In this document: in pieces, positions 1 through 9,427 of the stretch | Numbering within the stretch: position 1 is the first letter of the stretch | Layout of the letters: each line of letters starts with the position of its first letter | Source: a virus | Reading direction: 5' to 3' (one strand) | IMG/VR virus record: IMGVR_UViG_3300025881_000010 | Coordinates: 1 to 64,000 of that record | DNA: 64,000 bases | The notes under the pieces: generated by a model | Database searches by the model: none | Told to the model about the DNA's origin: nothing | What the model saw: the letters and a program-made list of their open reading frames with translations, nothing else | Position numbers and translations under genes: made by a program

Positions 1-360
1 AATGAATATAGTATTGAAACTTACTTCGCAAATATTGAAGGAAGACAAGGAGATATTTGCATTGCACCTACAGAAGTAGGTGAAGAACAATTAAAAGAAG
101 CACTGGAAGAAATTGCTCAAATGGTTTATCGTAAGATATTGCATTGGGGAAATTTCTGGTCAGTAAAAAAAGCTTTTTGTAAATATTCTTATGGATATGC
201 TACAACAGCTTACAAAGCTCAGGGGAGTACATATGATACAGTTTATGTTGACTTGGAAGATATTATGACAACAGGACCGTTAACTCCTAAGAGAAAGCTT
301 CAAACGATTTACACCGCTTTAACTAGAGCCAGAAAAGATGTTTGGTTCTTAAAATCTTAA
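1..360 (+). CDS. SF1 (Dda/RecD-like) helicase, C-terminal part (5' truncated by window)
   Basis: Frame open from base 1; motifs YATTAYKAQGSTYD and YTALTRA match SF1 helicase motifs V/VI. Confidence 0.85.
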   Translation, partial: NEYSIETYFANIEGRQGDICIAPTEVGEEQLKEALEEIAQMVYRKILHWGNFWSVKKAFCKYSYGYATTAYKAQGSTYDTVYVDLEDIMTTGPLTPKRKLQTIYTALTRARKDVWFLKS

Positions 361-362
361 TA

Positions 363-638
363 ATGAACATTGAAGAATATATCAATCAAGACTCCCCACG
401 TAGGGGAGTCAAAGTTGATTTGAAAGATGAAGATTATGTAGTTTGGTTTTCATGGCCGGAGTTTGATACTTCAGAATGTGAACGTAGATTTTATAATATT
501 AAAGTCAATGCTTATCCTGAGTACACATATTTACTTAAAGGAGAAAGTGGTGTTTTATGGTCAACAGATTCTGATGGGAACCCAAAGAGTCCAAGTGTAT
601 TTTATATTGAAAAATTAAAACAAAATGGCAAAGACTAA
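363..638 (+). CDS. hypothetical phage protein
   Basis: ATG at 363 just after the helicase stop; overlaps next gene. Confidence 0.6.
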   Translation: MNIEEYINQDSPRRGVKVDLKDEDYVVWFSWPEFDTSECERRFYNIKVNAYPEYTYLLKGESGVLWSTDSDGNPKSPSVFYIEKLKQNGKD

Positions 639-831
639 TCATTTTATAGCTAAAGTAGAAGATTCTATTAATGGCTATGATTTAATCGGAGAAGTTTACA
701 CAGATGCGAACACTCCAAAGCAAGCTGAAAAAGCTTTTAAAAAAGATCCTTTTATTAAAAGGCATCTTGGTAATAAGAGATACAAAATTTCATTTCGCCA
801 AAATGCTATTCTAATACAAGATTCAGAATGA
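625..831 (+). CDS. hypothetical phage protein
   Basis: Tightly packed ORF; ATGA overlap with next gene. Confidence 0.6.
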   Translation: MAKTNHFIAKVEDSINGYDLIGEVYTDANTPKQAEKAFKKDPFIKRHLGNKRYKISFRQNAILIQDSE

Positions 832-1031
832 TAACTAAAGCTCAAAAAGTTGCAATATTTGAAGCTTGGAATTATTGTGATGAAGAAGATAAAAGCACTG
901 AATTCATGTTTCAATATATGTCAGATGTTTCAAAAGTTGATTATGATGATATAGTAGATTATATCTGTACAGATGAATCTACAGAAGAAAGGAGTGCTTA
1001 TAATAAGAAAACTTATGGAAATGGAGAATAA
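828..1031 (+). CDS. hypothetical acidic phage protein
   Basis: Translationally coupled ORF. Confidence 0.6.
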   Translation: MITKAQKVAIFEAWNYCDEEDKSTEFMFQYMSDVSKVDYDDIVDYICTDESTEERSAYNKKTYGNGE

Positions 1032-1872
1032 ACCATTTACCGCTAATTCTGCAAGTCAATGGAATAAGAAAGACTTTTCAGATAAGGTGGCTTTAATCGA
1101 TGCTGACTTTTTTAAGTATATTGTAACCTCAAGAGTTTACAAAGACCTTGAAAACGGTTATAAGAGAGATCAGGCTTTAGTAGAAAAACACATAGAAGAT
1201 GCTTTATATGATTCCATATTTAGCAATTTTGATGCTAAAGCTTTTGTATTTTGTTTCTCAGCTCCTACAGGAAAAGTGTTCCGTAGTTCAATAGCTCAAG
1301 AAAAGAAATACAAGGGTAGCAGAGCCAAGCGTGATGATCCTAATGATTATGAAGGTAAGTACAAAGACATGATATATGTTGCTGAATATGTTGAACGCAA
1401 ATATGGAATGTTAATGTTCGCAGATTTAGAAGCTGATGATATCTTATCTATGCTTCAAGATCCACATAAGACTTTCATTTATTCTAAGGATAAGGATTTA
1501 ATGCAAGTTACCGGATATCATTATGACATGAATAGTCGTAATTTGACATACACTACAGAAGAAGAAGGATTTTTTATGTTGATCAAACAAATTCTAACTG
1601 GAGATACAGTAGATGAAATTCCAGGATTGTTTGGTTTTGGTAAAGCAGCTTTAGCAAAATTCTGTAGAGAGCATGAAGGACTTCCTAACGAAAGTAAATT
1701 GATTGGGGCAATCAAACAATATACTGACAAGCATGGCCTATTAATAGGAATGGATATGTTTGTAGAAATGTGGAGTTTAATATCTATGAAAATTAATCGG
1801 GGCGATTACTTACGAGAAAAATACTCTAAAGGTTTTGCTTTGATTGAAAACCTTTTAAATGGAGAGAGCTAA
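1015..1872 (+). CDS. 5'-3' exonuclease / flap endonuclease (T7 gp6/T5 FEN-like)
   Basis: Motifs LIDAD, YKGSR, EADD, DKDLMQ, GDTVDEIPGLFGFG; start 1015 or 1021 more likely than 973. Confidence 0.9.
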   Translation: MEMENKPFTANSASQWNKKDFSDKVALIDADFFKYIVTSRVYKDLENGYKRDQALVEKHIEDALYDSIFSNFDAKAFVFCFSAPTGKVFRSSIAQEKKYKGSRAKRDDPNDYEGKYKDMIYVAEYVERKYGMLMFADLEADDILSMLQDPHKTFIYSKDKDLMQVTGYHYDMNSRNLTYTTEEEGFFMLIKQILTGDTVDEIPGLFGFGKAALAKFCREHEGLPNESKLIGAIKQYTDKHGLLIGMDMFVEMWSLISMKINRGDYLREKYSKGFALIENLLNGES

Positions 1873-2164
1873 TATAAGAGATCTATTCTTTCTAACTAAT
1901 GACGAGCAACCAGAACTGGAGATGCCGAATATGTTTCAATGTTGGAACATATTCAAGCATCATCCAAATTTGTCATTTACCACAATCAGAGATTTCAACA
2001 CGTATAAATATTGTGCTGTACTTAGTTCCTGTTATGATGGAATAGATAGACAAACTTTGTTCAGTTTTTCAAATTTCTCATTTGATACTGAACAACAAGC
2101 TGGAGAAGCTATGAAATCCGTAGTCTCCGAGATCAAAAGAAAGATAACCATCGAATGTAATTAG
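1859..2164 (+). CDS. hypothetical protein
   Basis: ORF overlapping the exonuclease stop. Confidence 0.55.
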   Translation: MERANIRDLFFLTNDEQPELEMPNMFQCWNIFKHHPNLSFTTIRDFNTYKYCAVLSSCYDGIDRQTLFSFSNFSFDTEQQAGEAMKSVVSEIKRKITIECN

Positions 2165-2167
2165 ATT

Positions 2168-2347
2168 ATGAAAAAATGTAATGCTTGTGAATTATATCCA
2201 GCAATAAAAGGAAAAAATAAATGTAAAAGTTGCATAGGAATAATTAATCATATTAAAGAACAGAATTTAAAACAAAATTTCACTGAATGTTCTAAGTGTG
2301 AAACACTATTTCCAAAAGGAACTGAATGTCCAGTATGTAGATTTTAA
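2168..2347 (+). CDS. 59-aa double zinc-ribbon microprotein (not in ORF track)
   Basis: MKKCNAC...CKSC...CSKC...CPVCRF*: four CxxC pairs; fills the intergenic gap. Confidence 0.7.
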   Translation: MKKCNACELYPAIKGKNKCKSCIGIINHIKEQNLKQNFTECSKCETLFPKGTECPVCRF

Positions 2348-2368
2348 TTAACCCCTTAAAACAAATTC

Positions 2369-3466
2369 ATGGGAACAAATCAAGAAGAAGTACAGGAAAT
2401 TACTGTATTAACAGAAGAACAGATTAATCAACTTCCAGACACGGTTAAGAAAAATGTAGTTTTTCTAACCGAAGAAGCTCGTCCTAAAGAGCTGATGAAA
2501 TTAAATCCATTAGCTACAGAGCTATTGAATTTAAGAGATAAAGTATCTAAATTAGAATTGAAACGTGATGACAAAAATAATATCACTAAAGAATCTATTG
2601 ATGCTTATAAAGAGTTGAAAGCTGAACAACGTACTTTCAATGGTAAGCTTACAGCTACAGCTAAAATACTTCAAAAACCTTATCAGGATATCAATAAGGG
2701 ATTCTTAGAAATTAAGAAAACTTTCAAGGAAGAATCTGATAAAGTCAAAGATGAAGCTGAAAAAATATTTGCTGATTACGAAACTGAGAAAGCTAAGAAA
2801 GCTGCAGAAAAACAAGCCAAGAAAGATGCTGAAATGAACGCTAAAATTGAAGCGGCCAATGAGCAGACAGCTGAGATTACAACAACAATGAAAAAATCGA
2901 ATGCTATCAATGCGATAAAATATGATCGTATTAAAGATGGCATTTCTTCATTAGTAACTAAATCTATACTGGATGCAAATGAGCAAGCTTTATTTAGATT
3001 GAAAGCTCAACTTGCTCAACATACTATAGAGAGTGTTTCTGAAGGAGTGGAAAATAAAGATTTACTTACTCCAGAAGATTTAGAATCACTTCAGAAAATA
3101 TTAGATGAAGCAAAGCAAGATGGTATCAGATTGATTGATGATAAGATTGATCAGTATGAAAATAATCGTCAAGCAATGATTAAAGAAAATGCTCCTGGTC
3201 CAGTTCCACCACCTCCAGTTGGAGATGGATATATGAGTGGAGTAGAAAATCCGGAACAAGCATTTTCTAATTCTAGCGATATAGAACAATCATTTTCACA
3301 TGAAGCTTTACCGGTAAACCTAAGATGGAAAACTAACGGAGAGTTTGTAGATAAGATAAAATCTATGGTAACAGCTTTAGAGTTTGCTGTAGATATGAGA
3401 TTGAAAGAATTTAAAGATCCTTCAATCTTAGAATTGAAAAATCGTTTTAACCAATTTAATTCTTAA
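2369..3466 (+). CDS. long coiled-coil protein (possibly DUF1351-like)
   Basis: E/K/A-rich heptads and Pro-rich linker; family call is recollection only. Confidence 0.6.
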   Translation: MGTNQEEVQEITVLTEEQINQLPDTVKKNVVFLTEEARPKELMKLNPLATELLNLRDKVSKLELKRDDKNNITKESIDAYKELKAEQRTFNGKLTATAKILQKPYQDINKGFLEIKKTFKEESDKVKDEAEKIFADYETEKAKKAAEKQAKKDAEMNAKIEAANEQTAEITTTMKKSNAINAIKYDRIKDGISSLVTKSILDANEQALFRLKAQLAQHTIESVSEGVENKDLLTPEDLESLQKILDEAKQDGIRLIDDKIDQYENNRQAMIKENAPGPVPPPPVGDGYMSGVENPEQAFSNSSDIEQSFSHEALPVNLRWKTNGEFVDKIKSMVTALEFAVDMRLKEFKDPSILELKNRFNQFNS

Positions 3467-3469
3467 CAT

Positions 3470-4231
3470 ATGATTACATTACAATTCCCCAAACTGGAAA
3501 CTGCGCTTTCCAAAAACAAAAAATCAATGACTGATGATGATCCTCGAAAGGGGATTATTGTCATACAAAACAATGCTATTGTATTTTCAGAAGATTTCTG
3601 TTTAGTGATAGACTTGTATGAGTATTTCACCATTGATTGTATGATTAATGATGATGGAGAACTCGCTGAATTAAAGCGTATTCTTTATTACATGAATGAA
3701 AAAGTATTCAGTGCAGAGTATTGGGCTGAACTTACTAAAGGAGCCAATATGCAAATGTCTAACGGAATGTTAGCTATTGAAACTCCAAAGTATGCTAAAG
3801 ACTTACACTACAAGCATATTGATGTAAGTTTAGTAGCACCATTAAAGCAATTAATAGATACTGGTAAATCTACAAATGCTATGGTACCAAATATTTCATT
3901 ACCATTTTCAGCTATTAATTCTATCTATTCTATTTTAAAGACTGACTTCAAAACTGATCATATCATTTTTGAATTCCTTTCTCAGAACAGAAACGTAAAG
4001 TTTACTTTCAAAAATAGAAAGCATGTTTATGGATTTATAATTCCAGATTATGATTCAGCAGTAGAGAGCTGGAAGTTCCATACGTGGGAAAACTTTATTA
4101 GCAATAAAGATGTATTTGACCTTTATCAAAAAGAGAAGGAAAAATCGGTACCACCACCACCTATAACATCTATGGAAGTGGTTGAAGATGATGAACCTGA
4201 AAACACTTTATTCGATGCAGCAAAAGAGTAG
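3470..4231 (+). CDS. replication-module protein, possible sliding (beta) clamp-like fold
   Basis: C-terminal IIFEF..NRNVKF..VYGFIIP resembles the end of a beta-clamp domain; acidic tail; weak. Confidence 0.4.
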   Translation: MITLQFPKLETALSKNKKSMTDDDPRKGIIVIQNNAIVFSEDFCLVIDLYEYFTIDCMINDDGELAELKRILYYMNEKVFSAEYWAELTKGANMQMSNGMLAIETPKYAKDLHYKHIDVSLVAPLKQLIDTGKSTNAMVPNISLPFSAINSIYSILKTDFKTDHIIFEFLSQNRNVKFTFKNRKHVYGFIIPDYDSAVESWKFHTWENFISNKDVFDLYQKEKEKSVPPPPITSMEVVEDDEPENTLFDAAKE

Positions 4232-4235
4232 AGAT

Positions 4236-4895
4236 ATGAATGACTACGAAATGTACTTTACCTGGTACATGGAAGAGTTAATTCAACACGGCTATTTAAA
4301 AAGCTATCAATGGGAACCAGAGAAGATTATTATTCTTCCGGACTACGTTCATAAACGTGAGAAACATTATAAGGTAAGACCTAACGAGTTAGAGAACTTC
4401 ACTTTATTACCGAAAGCTACATATACTTATGACTTTAGAATGATTTGGAATGAAAGTGCTATAGATATTTTCACCAATCTATTTGATAAGAAAAGTCATT
4501 TTCCTTTCGGTATTCCAACGTTTGTTTCTCATTACGTCAAAATTAATGACGAGTTAGAAATAGCTTCTTATGTGGATATAAAGCCACATTCTACAGCTGC
4601 AGCTTTTAGTGGATCTATGGCATCTTATTTCACTTTTCCTTTCGTGCAGAAAATATTATTAGCAACCAGAGGATTGTATATAAATAAGATTGTACCTATT
4701 CCTTCAGGAAAAAAAGGAATAGCTAATTGTCTTTTTAATAAAACGTTTACTCCTAATCGGTATAAAATGACTGATGGCGGTGGACAGAAAAGAACAATCA
4801 AATTTCCTACGACACCAATTGTTTCATACGCAAAAAGACAAAGAGGAATCATTGATGATCTAAGGTCTAAATCCAGTCAACAAACGCTTCTATGA
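4236..4895 (+). CDS. PD-(D/E)XK nuclease, T7 endonuclease I/resolvase-like
   Basis: Conserved E, YQWEP, YTYDF, YVDIKP pattern; ATG at 4236 follows the previous stop. Confidence 0.6.
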   Translation: MNDYEMYFTWYMEELIQHGYLKSYQWEPEKIIILPDYVHKREKHYKVRPNELENFTLLPKATYTYDFRMIWNESAIDIFTNLFDKKSHFPFGIPTFVSHYVKINDELEIASYVDIKPHSTAAAFSGSMASYFTFPFVQKILLATRGLYINKIVPIPSGKKGIANCLFNKTFTPNRYKMTDGGGQKRTIKFPTTPIVSYAKRQRGIIDDLRSKSSQQTLL

Positions 4896-5113
4896 TGAAA
4901 ATAGCATGGCGAAAAGTGGTACCAAATATGACCACAAGAAATGCAAAGAAATTGGCTTTAAAAATGTATGCCTCCAATTGTGGAGGCATCATTTTAACTA
5001 AAGAGCCATTTGAATATTTAAGAATTTTAAGAACATACGGAATATCAGCAAGTGCTAAACCTATTCTTAGAGATAAGAAGCTTGTTGGTTATAAATTCGT
5101 TCAAACATTTTAA
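4892..5113 (+). CDS. hypothetical basic protein
   Basis: ATGA-coupled ORF. Confidence 0.55.
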   Translation: MMKIAWRKVVPNMTTRNAKKLALKMYASNCGGIILTKEPFEYLRILRTYGISASAKPILRDKKLVGYKFVQTF

Positions 5114-5115
5114 TA

Positions 5116-5541
5116 ATGAAAGTAGAAATTAAATTAGCCCCAGGAGTACAAGCACCAACCTATGAAAGCGAAGGTGCTGCAGGAATGGATATCAGATCCA
5201 ATGAAACTATTTCAATGCCACCTAACAGTAGAAGATTAGTAAAGACAGGAATGTTTTTAAGCATATCTAAAGGATATGAAGCTCAAATTCGCCCACGTTC
5301 AGGGATGGCTTACAAACAAGGTATTACTGTTTTAAATGCACCAGGCACCATTGACAGCGATTATCGCGGAGAAGTTGGAGTCATACTACACAACACTTCT
5401 AATATTGGAGTGCTTATCTCTAAAGGAGATCGTATTGCTCAAATGGTATTTGCGAAATGTGAACAAGCAGAGTTTGTAACCGTAGAATCTTTAGAAGAAA
5501 CCGAAAGAGGTACTGGAGGTTTTGGATCAACAGGAAAATAA
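5116..5541 (+). CDS. dut: trimeric dUTPase
   Basis: All five motifs: [36 protein letters not shown]. Confidence 0.97.
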   Translation: MKVEIKLAPGVQAPTYESEGAAGMDIRSNETISMPPNSRRLVKTGMFLSISKGYEAQIRPRSGMAYKQGITVLNAPGTIDSDYRGEVGVILHNTSNIGVLISKGDRIAQMVFAKCEQAEFVTVESLEETERGTGGFGSTGK

Positions 5542-5666
5542 TGACAACTTTAGAAAAGAACACTCCCCACTTTTGCAAAGCCAAAATAAGCAATGGCTTT
5601 ATCGTAACAGTTTGTGATCAACAATGTAAACAATGCAATTCTATAGAACATGGAGAAACAAATTAA
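5541..5666 (+). CDS. 41-aa Cys-rich microprotein (not in ORF track)
   Basis: TAATG overlap with dut; [12 protein letters not shown]...CDQQCKQC. Confidence 0.5.
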   Translation: MTTLEKNTPHFCKAKISNGFIVTVCDQQCKQCNSIEHGETN

Positions 5667-6045
5667 ATTACCTTATCAAGAGTATGTTGAGATGCAGGAA
5701 ACCATTAAGAACCTCAACAGAAAAATGAATACTGCGATCATGCATGAAGGCAATATGATCATTGATAATCGGGCAACACCTTCCTATGATGGAGTAAAAT
5801 TGCTTCCAAAAATATCAGGTAAGATTCCAGAAGCTTTTACAAAATACAGTGAAGAATTTGAAAAGCAATCAGCACGTATTGCAGAGATCTATAATTCTTC
5901 CAGAGAAGCTGAATTGGCTTTAGATAGAAAGCATCAAAAGCTAGATGATCAATTAGATAAGAAACATTATTATAAAGATCTTTTTATTGGTATGGTTTTC
6001 TTTTGGATCACTTCTATGTATTTAGTTTTTGAATTTTTTGTATAA
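5650..6045 (+). CDS. coiled-coil protein with C-terminal TM helix
   Basis: C-terminal LFIGMVFFWITSMYLVFEFFV. Confidence 0.65.
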   Translation: MEKQIKLPYQEYVEMQETIKNLNRKMNTAIMHEGNMIIDNRATPSYDGVKLLPKISGKIPEAFTKYSEEFEKQSARIAEIYNSSREAELALDRKHQKLDDQLDKKHYYKDLFIGMVFFWITSMYLVFEFFV

Positions 6046-6115
6046 AATTTAACTAATCTGAACGCTATAGTAAATAAAGGGCGTTTGGACATAATGACTA
6101 AAATAAATCAGATAT

Positions 6116-6370
6116 ATGAAAACACCATTTTTAGACGAAATGATAAAGGAATTAGGTGGCTATGAAGGAGCTGACCAATCCTACTTATCAAAAACAGGAA
6201 AACAAAAACTTAAGGAGTTTGAAGCAATAAAAGAGCAATTGGAGTTAACCGCAGTTGTGCAGGCGAAGCCAGAAAAAGATGTGTTCGAAAAGCTACATTC
6301 TTATGAAGGACCGATACCATACGGAAAATGCTACAAATGTGGTAAAGAAAAATGGGAACACGACTTTTGA
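6116..6370 (+). CDS. hypothetical protein with C-terminal CxxC..H; reads through a cassette right-end motif
   Basis: Contains GTTAACCGCAGTT at 6244-6256. Confidence 0.6.
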   Translation: MKTPFLDEMIKELGGYEGADQSYLSKTGKQKLKEFEAIKEQLELTAVVQAKPEKDVFEKLHSYEGPIPYGKCYKCGKEKWEHDF

Positions 6371-6497
6371 GCAGTTTTAAGCAAACGCCACATCTTATAA
6401 TCATTTGCGTACTGATCGGTTCTGTCAGATGTAGTTTTAAACCACGTTGCTTAAAATTGTGCCCAACTACGCAGTATAACCGCAGTAAAAAAAATAG

Positions 6498-6531
6498 GGC
6501 GTGGCTTTGAAAAAGCCAAATGAGTATGAGT
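6498..6531 (+). repeat. duplicated 5' leader, copy 1 (copy 2 at 8011-8044)
   Basis: GGCGTGGCTTTGAAAAA(G/T)CCAAATGAGTATGAGT, 33/34 identical between copies. Confidence 0.9.
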
Positions 6532-6556
6532 GAGTATTAACCTAAAAATAGAAATA

Positions 6557-6853
6557 ATGAAGAAAATATTTAAATATGAATTGAGCATTAAGGAAAAACA
6601 AGAAATTGAATTACCGTTAAATGCTGAAATTATTAGAGTTGATGATGTTGAAGGTAGGTTTTTCCTGTGGGCAATGGTTGATGTACAGATTGAAAGCGAA
6701 CCAGAAGTAGAATTTGAAAAAAGATTCCTTGAATTTTATAAGACTGGACAACCAATTAAAACTCCAAGTGAAAACTTAAAATATATTGGTTTTTGTAAAT
6801 TATTTATTATGCAGGAATTAGGATTATATGTATTTGAAAATATATCAAAATGA
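6557..6853 (+). CDS. conserved small phage protein (KIFKY..LP..AEI..LWAMVD..TGQ type)
   Basis: ATG 6557; ATGA-coupled to next gene. Confidence 0.7.
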   Translation: MKKIFKYELSIKEKQEIELPLNAEIIRVDDVEGRFFLWAMVDVQIESEPEVEFEKRFLEFYKTGQPIKTPSENLKYIGFCKLFIMQELGLYVFENISK

Positions 6854-7482
6854 AATACGGAACACTACCAAAGTATATAGGTCAACACGAAATTATATGT
6901 GATGAAATGCTATTTTATCAATATTTGCCTATTAAACTAAAAGATGGAATTGAGCCAATAATGGAAGAAAGGTTAAAGCCTTTTAAAGATTTGGTTGGAA
7001 ATATATGTTGTGATTTCGTTGGAGAATTTGGACTTGATCGTTTTATTAATAGCTATGTTTACTTAACTGCTAAGAAAATGTATCAAATGCCGGGATGCTC
7101 TTTTAATAGAGAAGGATATCATTCAGATGGATTTATGACTGATGATATAAATTATGTATGGTGCGATAAAAACCCAACTATCTTTAACTTTTCTCCTTTT
7201 AATCTAACTTTGGATGATAAAGTTTCTATGAAAGAAATGGAAGAACAAGCTAATCCAGAAGCTATTGAAATATACCCTGAAAATAGTTTATTACGATTAG
7301 ATCAGTTTCAAATTCATAAAGTTTCCGAAATCACAAAGTTAGTTCTAAGGACTTTTATTAAAGTTTCTTTTAGCTCAGATGTTTATGATTTAAAAGGTAA
7401 TTCAAAAAACTATCTTATCGATTATGATTGGGAAATGAGGGATCGTTCTATTACCAGAAATATTCCACAAAAAATAAACTAA
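6850..7482 (+). CDS. putative Fe(II)/2-oxoglutarate-dependent dioxygenase
   Basis: HxD (GYHSDG) ... distal H (IHKV) ... R (RTFIKVS), typical of the DSBH oxygenase fold. Confidence 0.6.
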   Translation: MKYGTLPKYIGQHEIICDEMLFYQYLPIKLKDGIEPIMEERLKPFKDLVGNICCDFVGEFGLDRFINSYVYLTAKKMYQMPGCSFNREGYHSDGFMTDDINYVWCDKNPTIFNFSPFNLTLDDKVSMKEMEEQANPEAIEIYPENSLLRLDQFQIHKVSEITKLVLRTFIKVSFSSDVYDLKGNSKNYLIDYDWEMRDRSITRNIPQKIN

Positions 7483-7494
7483 AAAACAAACAAA

Positions 7495-8007
7495 ATGAAA
7501 AACCTAACCTTAACACTATTATTAATTTTACCATTATCACTAGCAGCTCAATCGGATGTTTACGCCTCTTTTGAGTTTGATCCAAACAAAGCATTTAGTA
7601 TTATTGATAATCCCAGAACCGAAATGGATCACAACGGATTAGACTTTGATTTTGAAATTGGAGCAAGAGGAAATAAAATAGGAATGTATATTTTTTACGG
7701 TCGCTTCGAGAATGCTAACTATCAAAATTACGGTGTAGGATTAGATTACTATCTTGCAAAAGGTTATCGCTATGATATTGGAGTAGGTGCAAACATTCAC
7801 AATATAATGAGGCATCAAACAATTGGAAATGCATCTAACATGGCTTGGGCAACTTATTTAGGTTGGTCGGTTCGTAGTAGATATACTTATTGGATATTAC
7901 CTAAAATTGGAGTATCCGGAGTAATTCAATATACTAGAAGACCTGATATTAATGTAGGTGGAATAGTAGAGGGTAGAGTTGGAGTTGTGGTTAAAGTGGG
8001 GCGGTAG
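7495..8007 (+). CDS. small outer-membrane beta-barrel protein
   Basis: Signal peptide cleaved LAA|Q; repeated amphipathic Gly/Tyr-rich strands (YGVGLDYY, IGVGANI, GRVGVVVKV). Confidence 0.7.
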   Translation: MKNLTLTLLLILPLSLAAQSDVYASFEFDPNKAFSIIDNPRTEMDHNGLDFDFEIGARGNKIGMYIFYGRFENANYQNYGVGLDYYLAKGYRYDIGVGANIHNIMRHQTIGNASNMAWATYLGWSVRSRYTYWILPKIGVSGVIQYTRRPDINVGGIVEGRVGVVVKVGR

Positions 8008-8010
8008 GAT

Positions 8011-8044
8011 GGCGTGGCTTTGAAAAATCCAAATGAGTATGAGT
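8011..8044 (+). repeat. duplicated 5' leader, copy 2
   Basis: Near-identical to 6498-6531. Confidence 0.9.
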
Positions 8045-8072
8045 AAGAATACTAACAATTAAAATAATAATT

Positions 8073-8564
8073 ATGAAATTAATATCAATGACAGACTTTG
8101 TAGAGAAAATCAGGAAAGAATCAAATGTTTCTCCATTTAATGATGAACAAAAAGAAATGGATAATGCTGAATTATATAAGATATTTAATTATGCTCATTT
8201 CCTAAAACAACCACTAAAACTTGAAATGTTTGTGCCATGTGATGAGAAAGGTAATGTTTTGGAAAAGCCTAAGGATTATCAAAAATATATTAAACATAAT
8301 TTTTACGCTTCTAAAGTTTGTAAAACCTATCAAGAAGCCAAAGAAAAAGTGTTGTTTGAAAGTTTTGAAATTGACCTTGAAGAAGGGTGTGGATTTCCTT
8401 TTTTAAATAATCACCCACCTTTTTTCTTTTCAATAGACAATAAATGGGATATTTCTTCTTGTTTTAAAATAATAGAAGATTTGGAAGGCTATAATATTCA
8501 ATTAACAAATACAGCACTAAAACAATTAGGACTTGAAACAAGTATGAACGTCAGCGCCATTTAA
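8073..8564 (+). CDS. hypothetical phage protein (cassette cargo)
   Basis: ORF with A-rich leader; ends at a cassette right arm. Confidence 0.75.
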   Translation: MKLISMTDFVEKIRKESNVSPFNDEQKEMDNAELYKIFNYAHFLKQPLKLEMFVPCDEKGNVLEKPKDYQKYIKHNFYASKVCKTYQEAKEKVLFESFEIDLEEGCGFPFLNNHPPFFFSIDNKWDISSCFKIIEDLEGYNIQLTNTALKQLGLETSMNVSAI

Positions 8565-8779
8565 AAAATTGCGGTTATGCGCAGTTGGCTACTTTGTTTT
8601 GCAAACGTATCTCGTTAATACTTAAAGCGTACAGATCGGCTTATTTTCGGATTACGATTAACACAATGCAAAATATTGTTGCCAACTACGCTGTATAAGA
8701 GCAGAGCCTTTTAAAAACTAACAAAATTAAAAACTATAAACATTAACAGCTTCTTGATTGAAGCCCTAAAATTAAAATT

Positions 8780-9010
8780 ATGACTGAATTTAAAGATTAC
8801 TTAGTAGAATGTAACAATCCTAAATCCTTCGATGAAACTATACAACAACTTGGAAAAGCTGTGTTACATCAAAATCACAAAGGTGAATATGAAAAACACG
8901 AAGGTTATTATTTGATGAGAATAATAGGAGATCCTGGTTATGTAAAATTTGCTATACAAAATCAAGGATATGGTAGAATTATAAAAGAAGCTGAAACGCC
9001 AAATTCTTAA
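8780..9010 (+). CDS. hypothetical protein (single-gene cassette cargo)
   Basis: ORF enclosed by IR arms 8684-8707 / 9025-9045. Confidence 0.75.
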   Translation: MTEFKDYLVECNNPKSFDETIQQLGKAVLHQNHKGEYEKHEGYYLMRIIGDPGYVKFAIQNQGYGRIIKEAETPNS

Positions 9011-9223
9011 AAAACGGAATCTAAGCTTTGCTCTTATACGCAGTTCTTTACAGTTGTGGTGTACGCTAAAAATCTTAAGACAAATGTGCTATGGTGCGTT
9101 AGACTCATTCAGCACCACTATTGTATAGAACTACGCGGGTTAACAAATGAGCCTTTGAAACGAAATTACCTTATTGAAAACGAATTATAAACCGCTTCTT
9201 ATTGGAGCAGAAAAAATCATAAT

Positions 9224-9427
9224 ATGGATATTTTAATACAAATGAAAAAACAATCTTTAAAGAATTATGAAAAAGATTTAGAGAAGAATCTAGGAGAATT
9301 TTATGATGCTTGTGAAGATAATGATGAAGAAAAAATGCTGAAAGTTGCTAAAAAAGGAGCAGGTATAAAAATGATGATTGATTATTTAAAAAAAGATCTT
9401 AAAGAAGCGGAAAACTCTAATTATTAG
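9224..9427 (+). CDS. hypothetical helical protein (single-gene cassette cargo)
   Basis: ORF enclosed by IR arms 9129-9152 / 9440-9460. Confidence 0.75.
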   Translation: MDILIQMKKQSLKNYEKDLEKNLGEFYDACEDNDEEKMLKVAKKGAGIKMMIDYLKKDLKEAENSNY

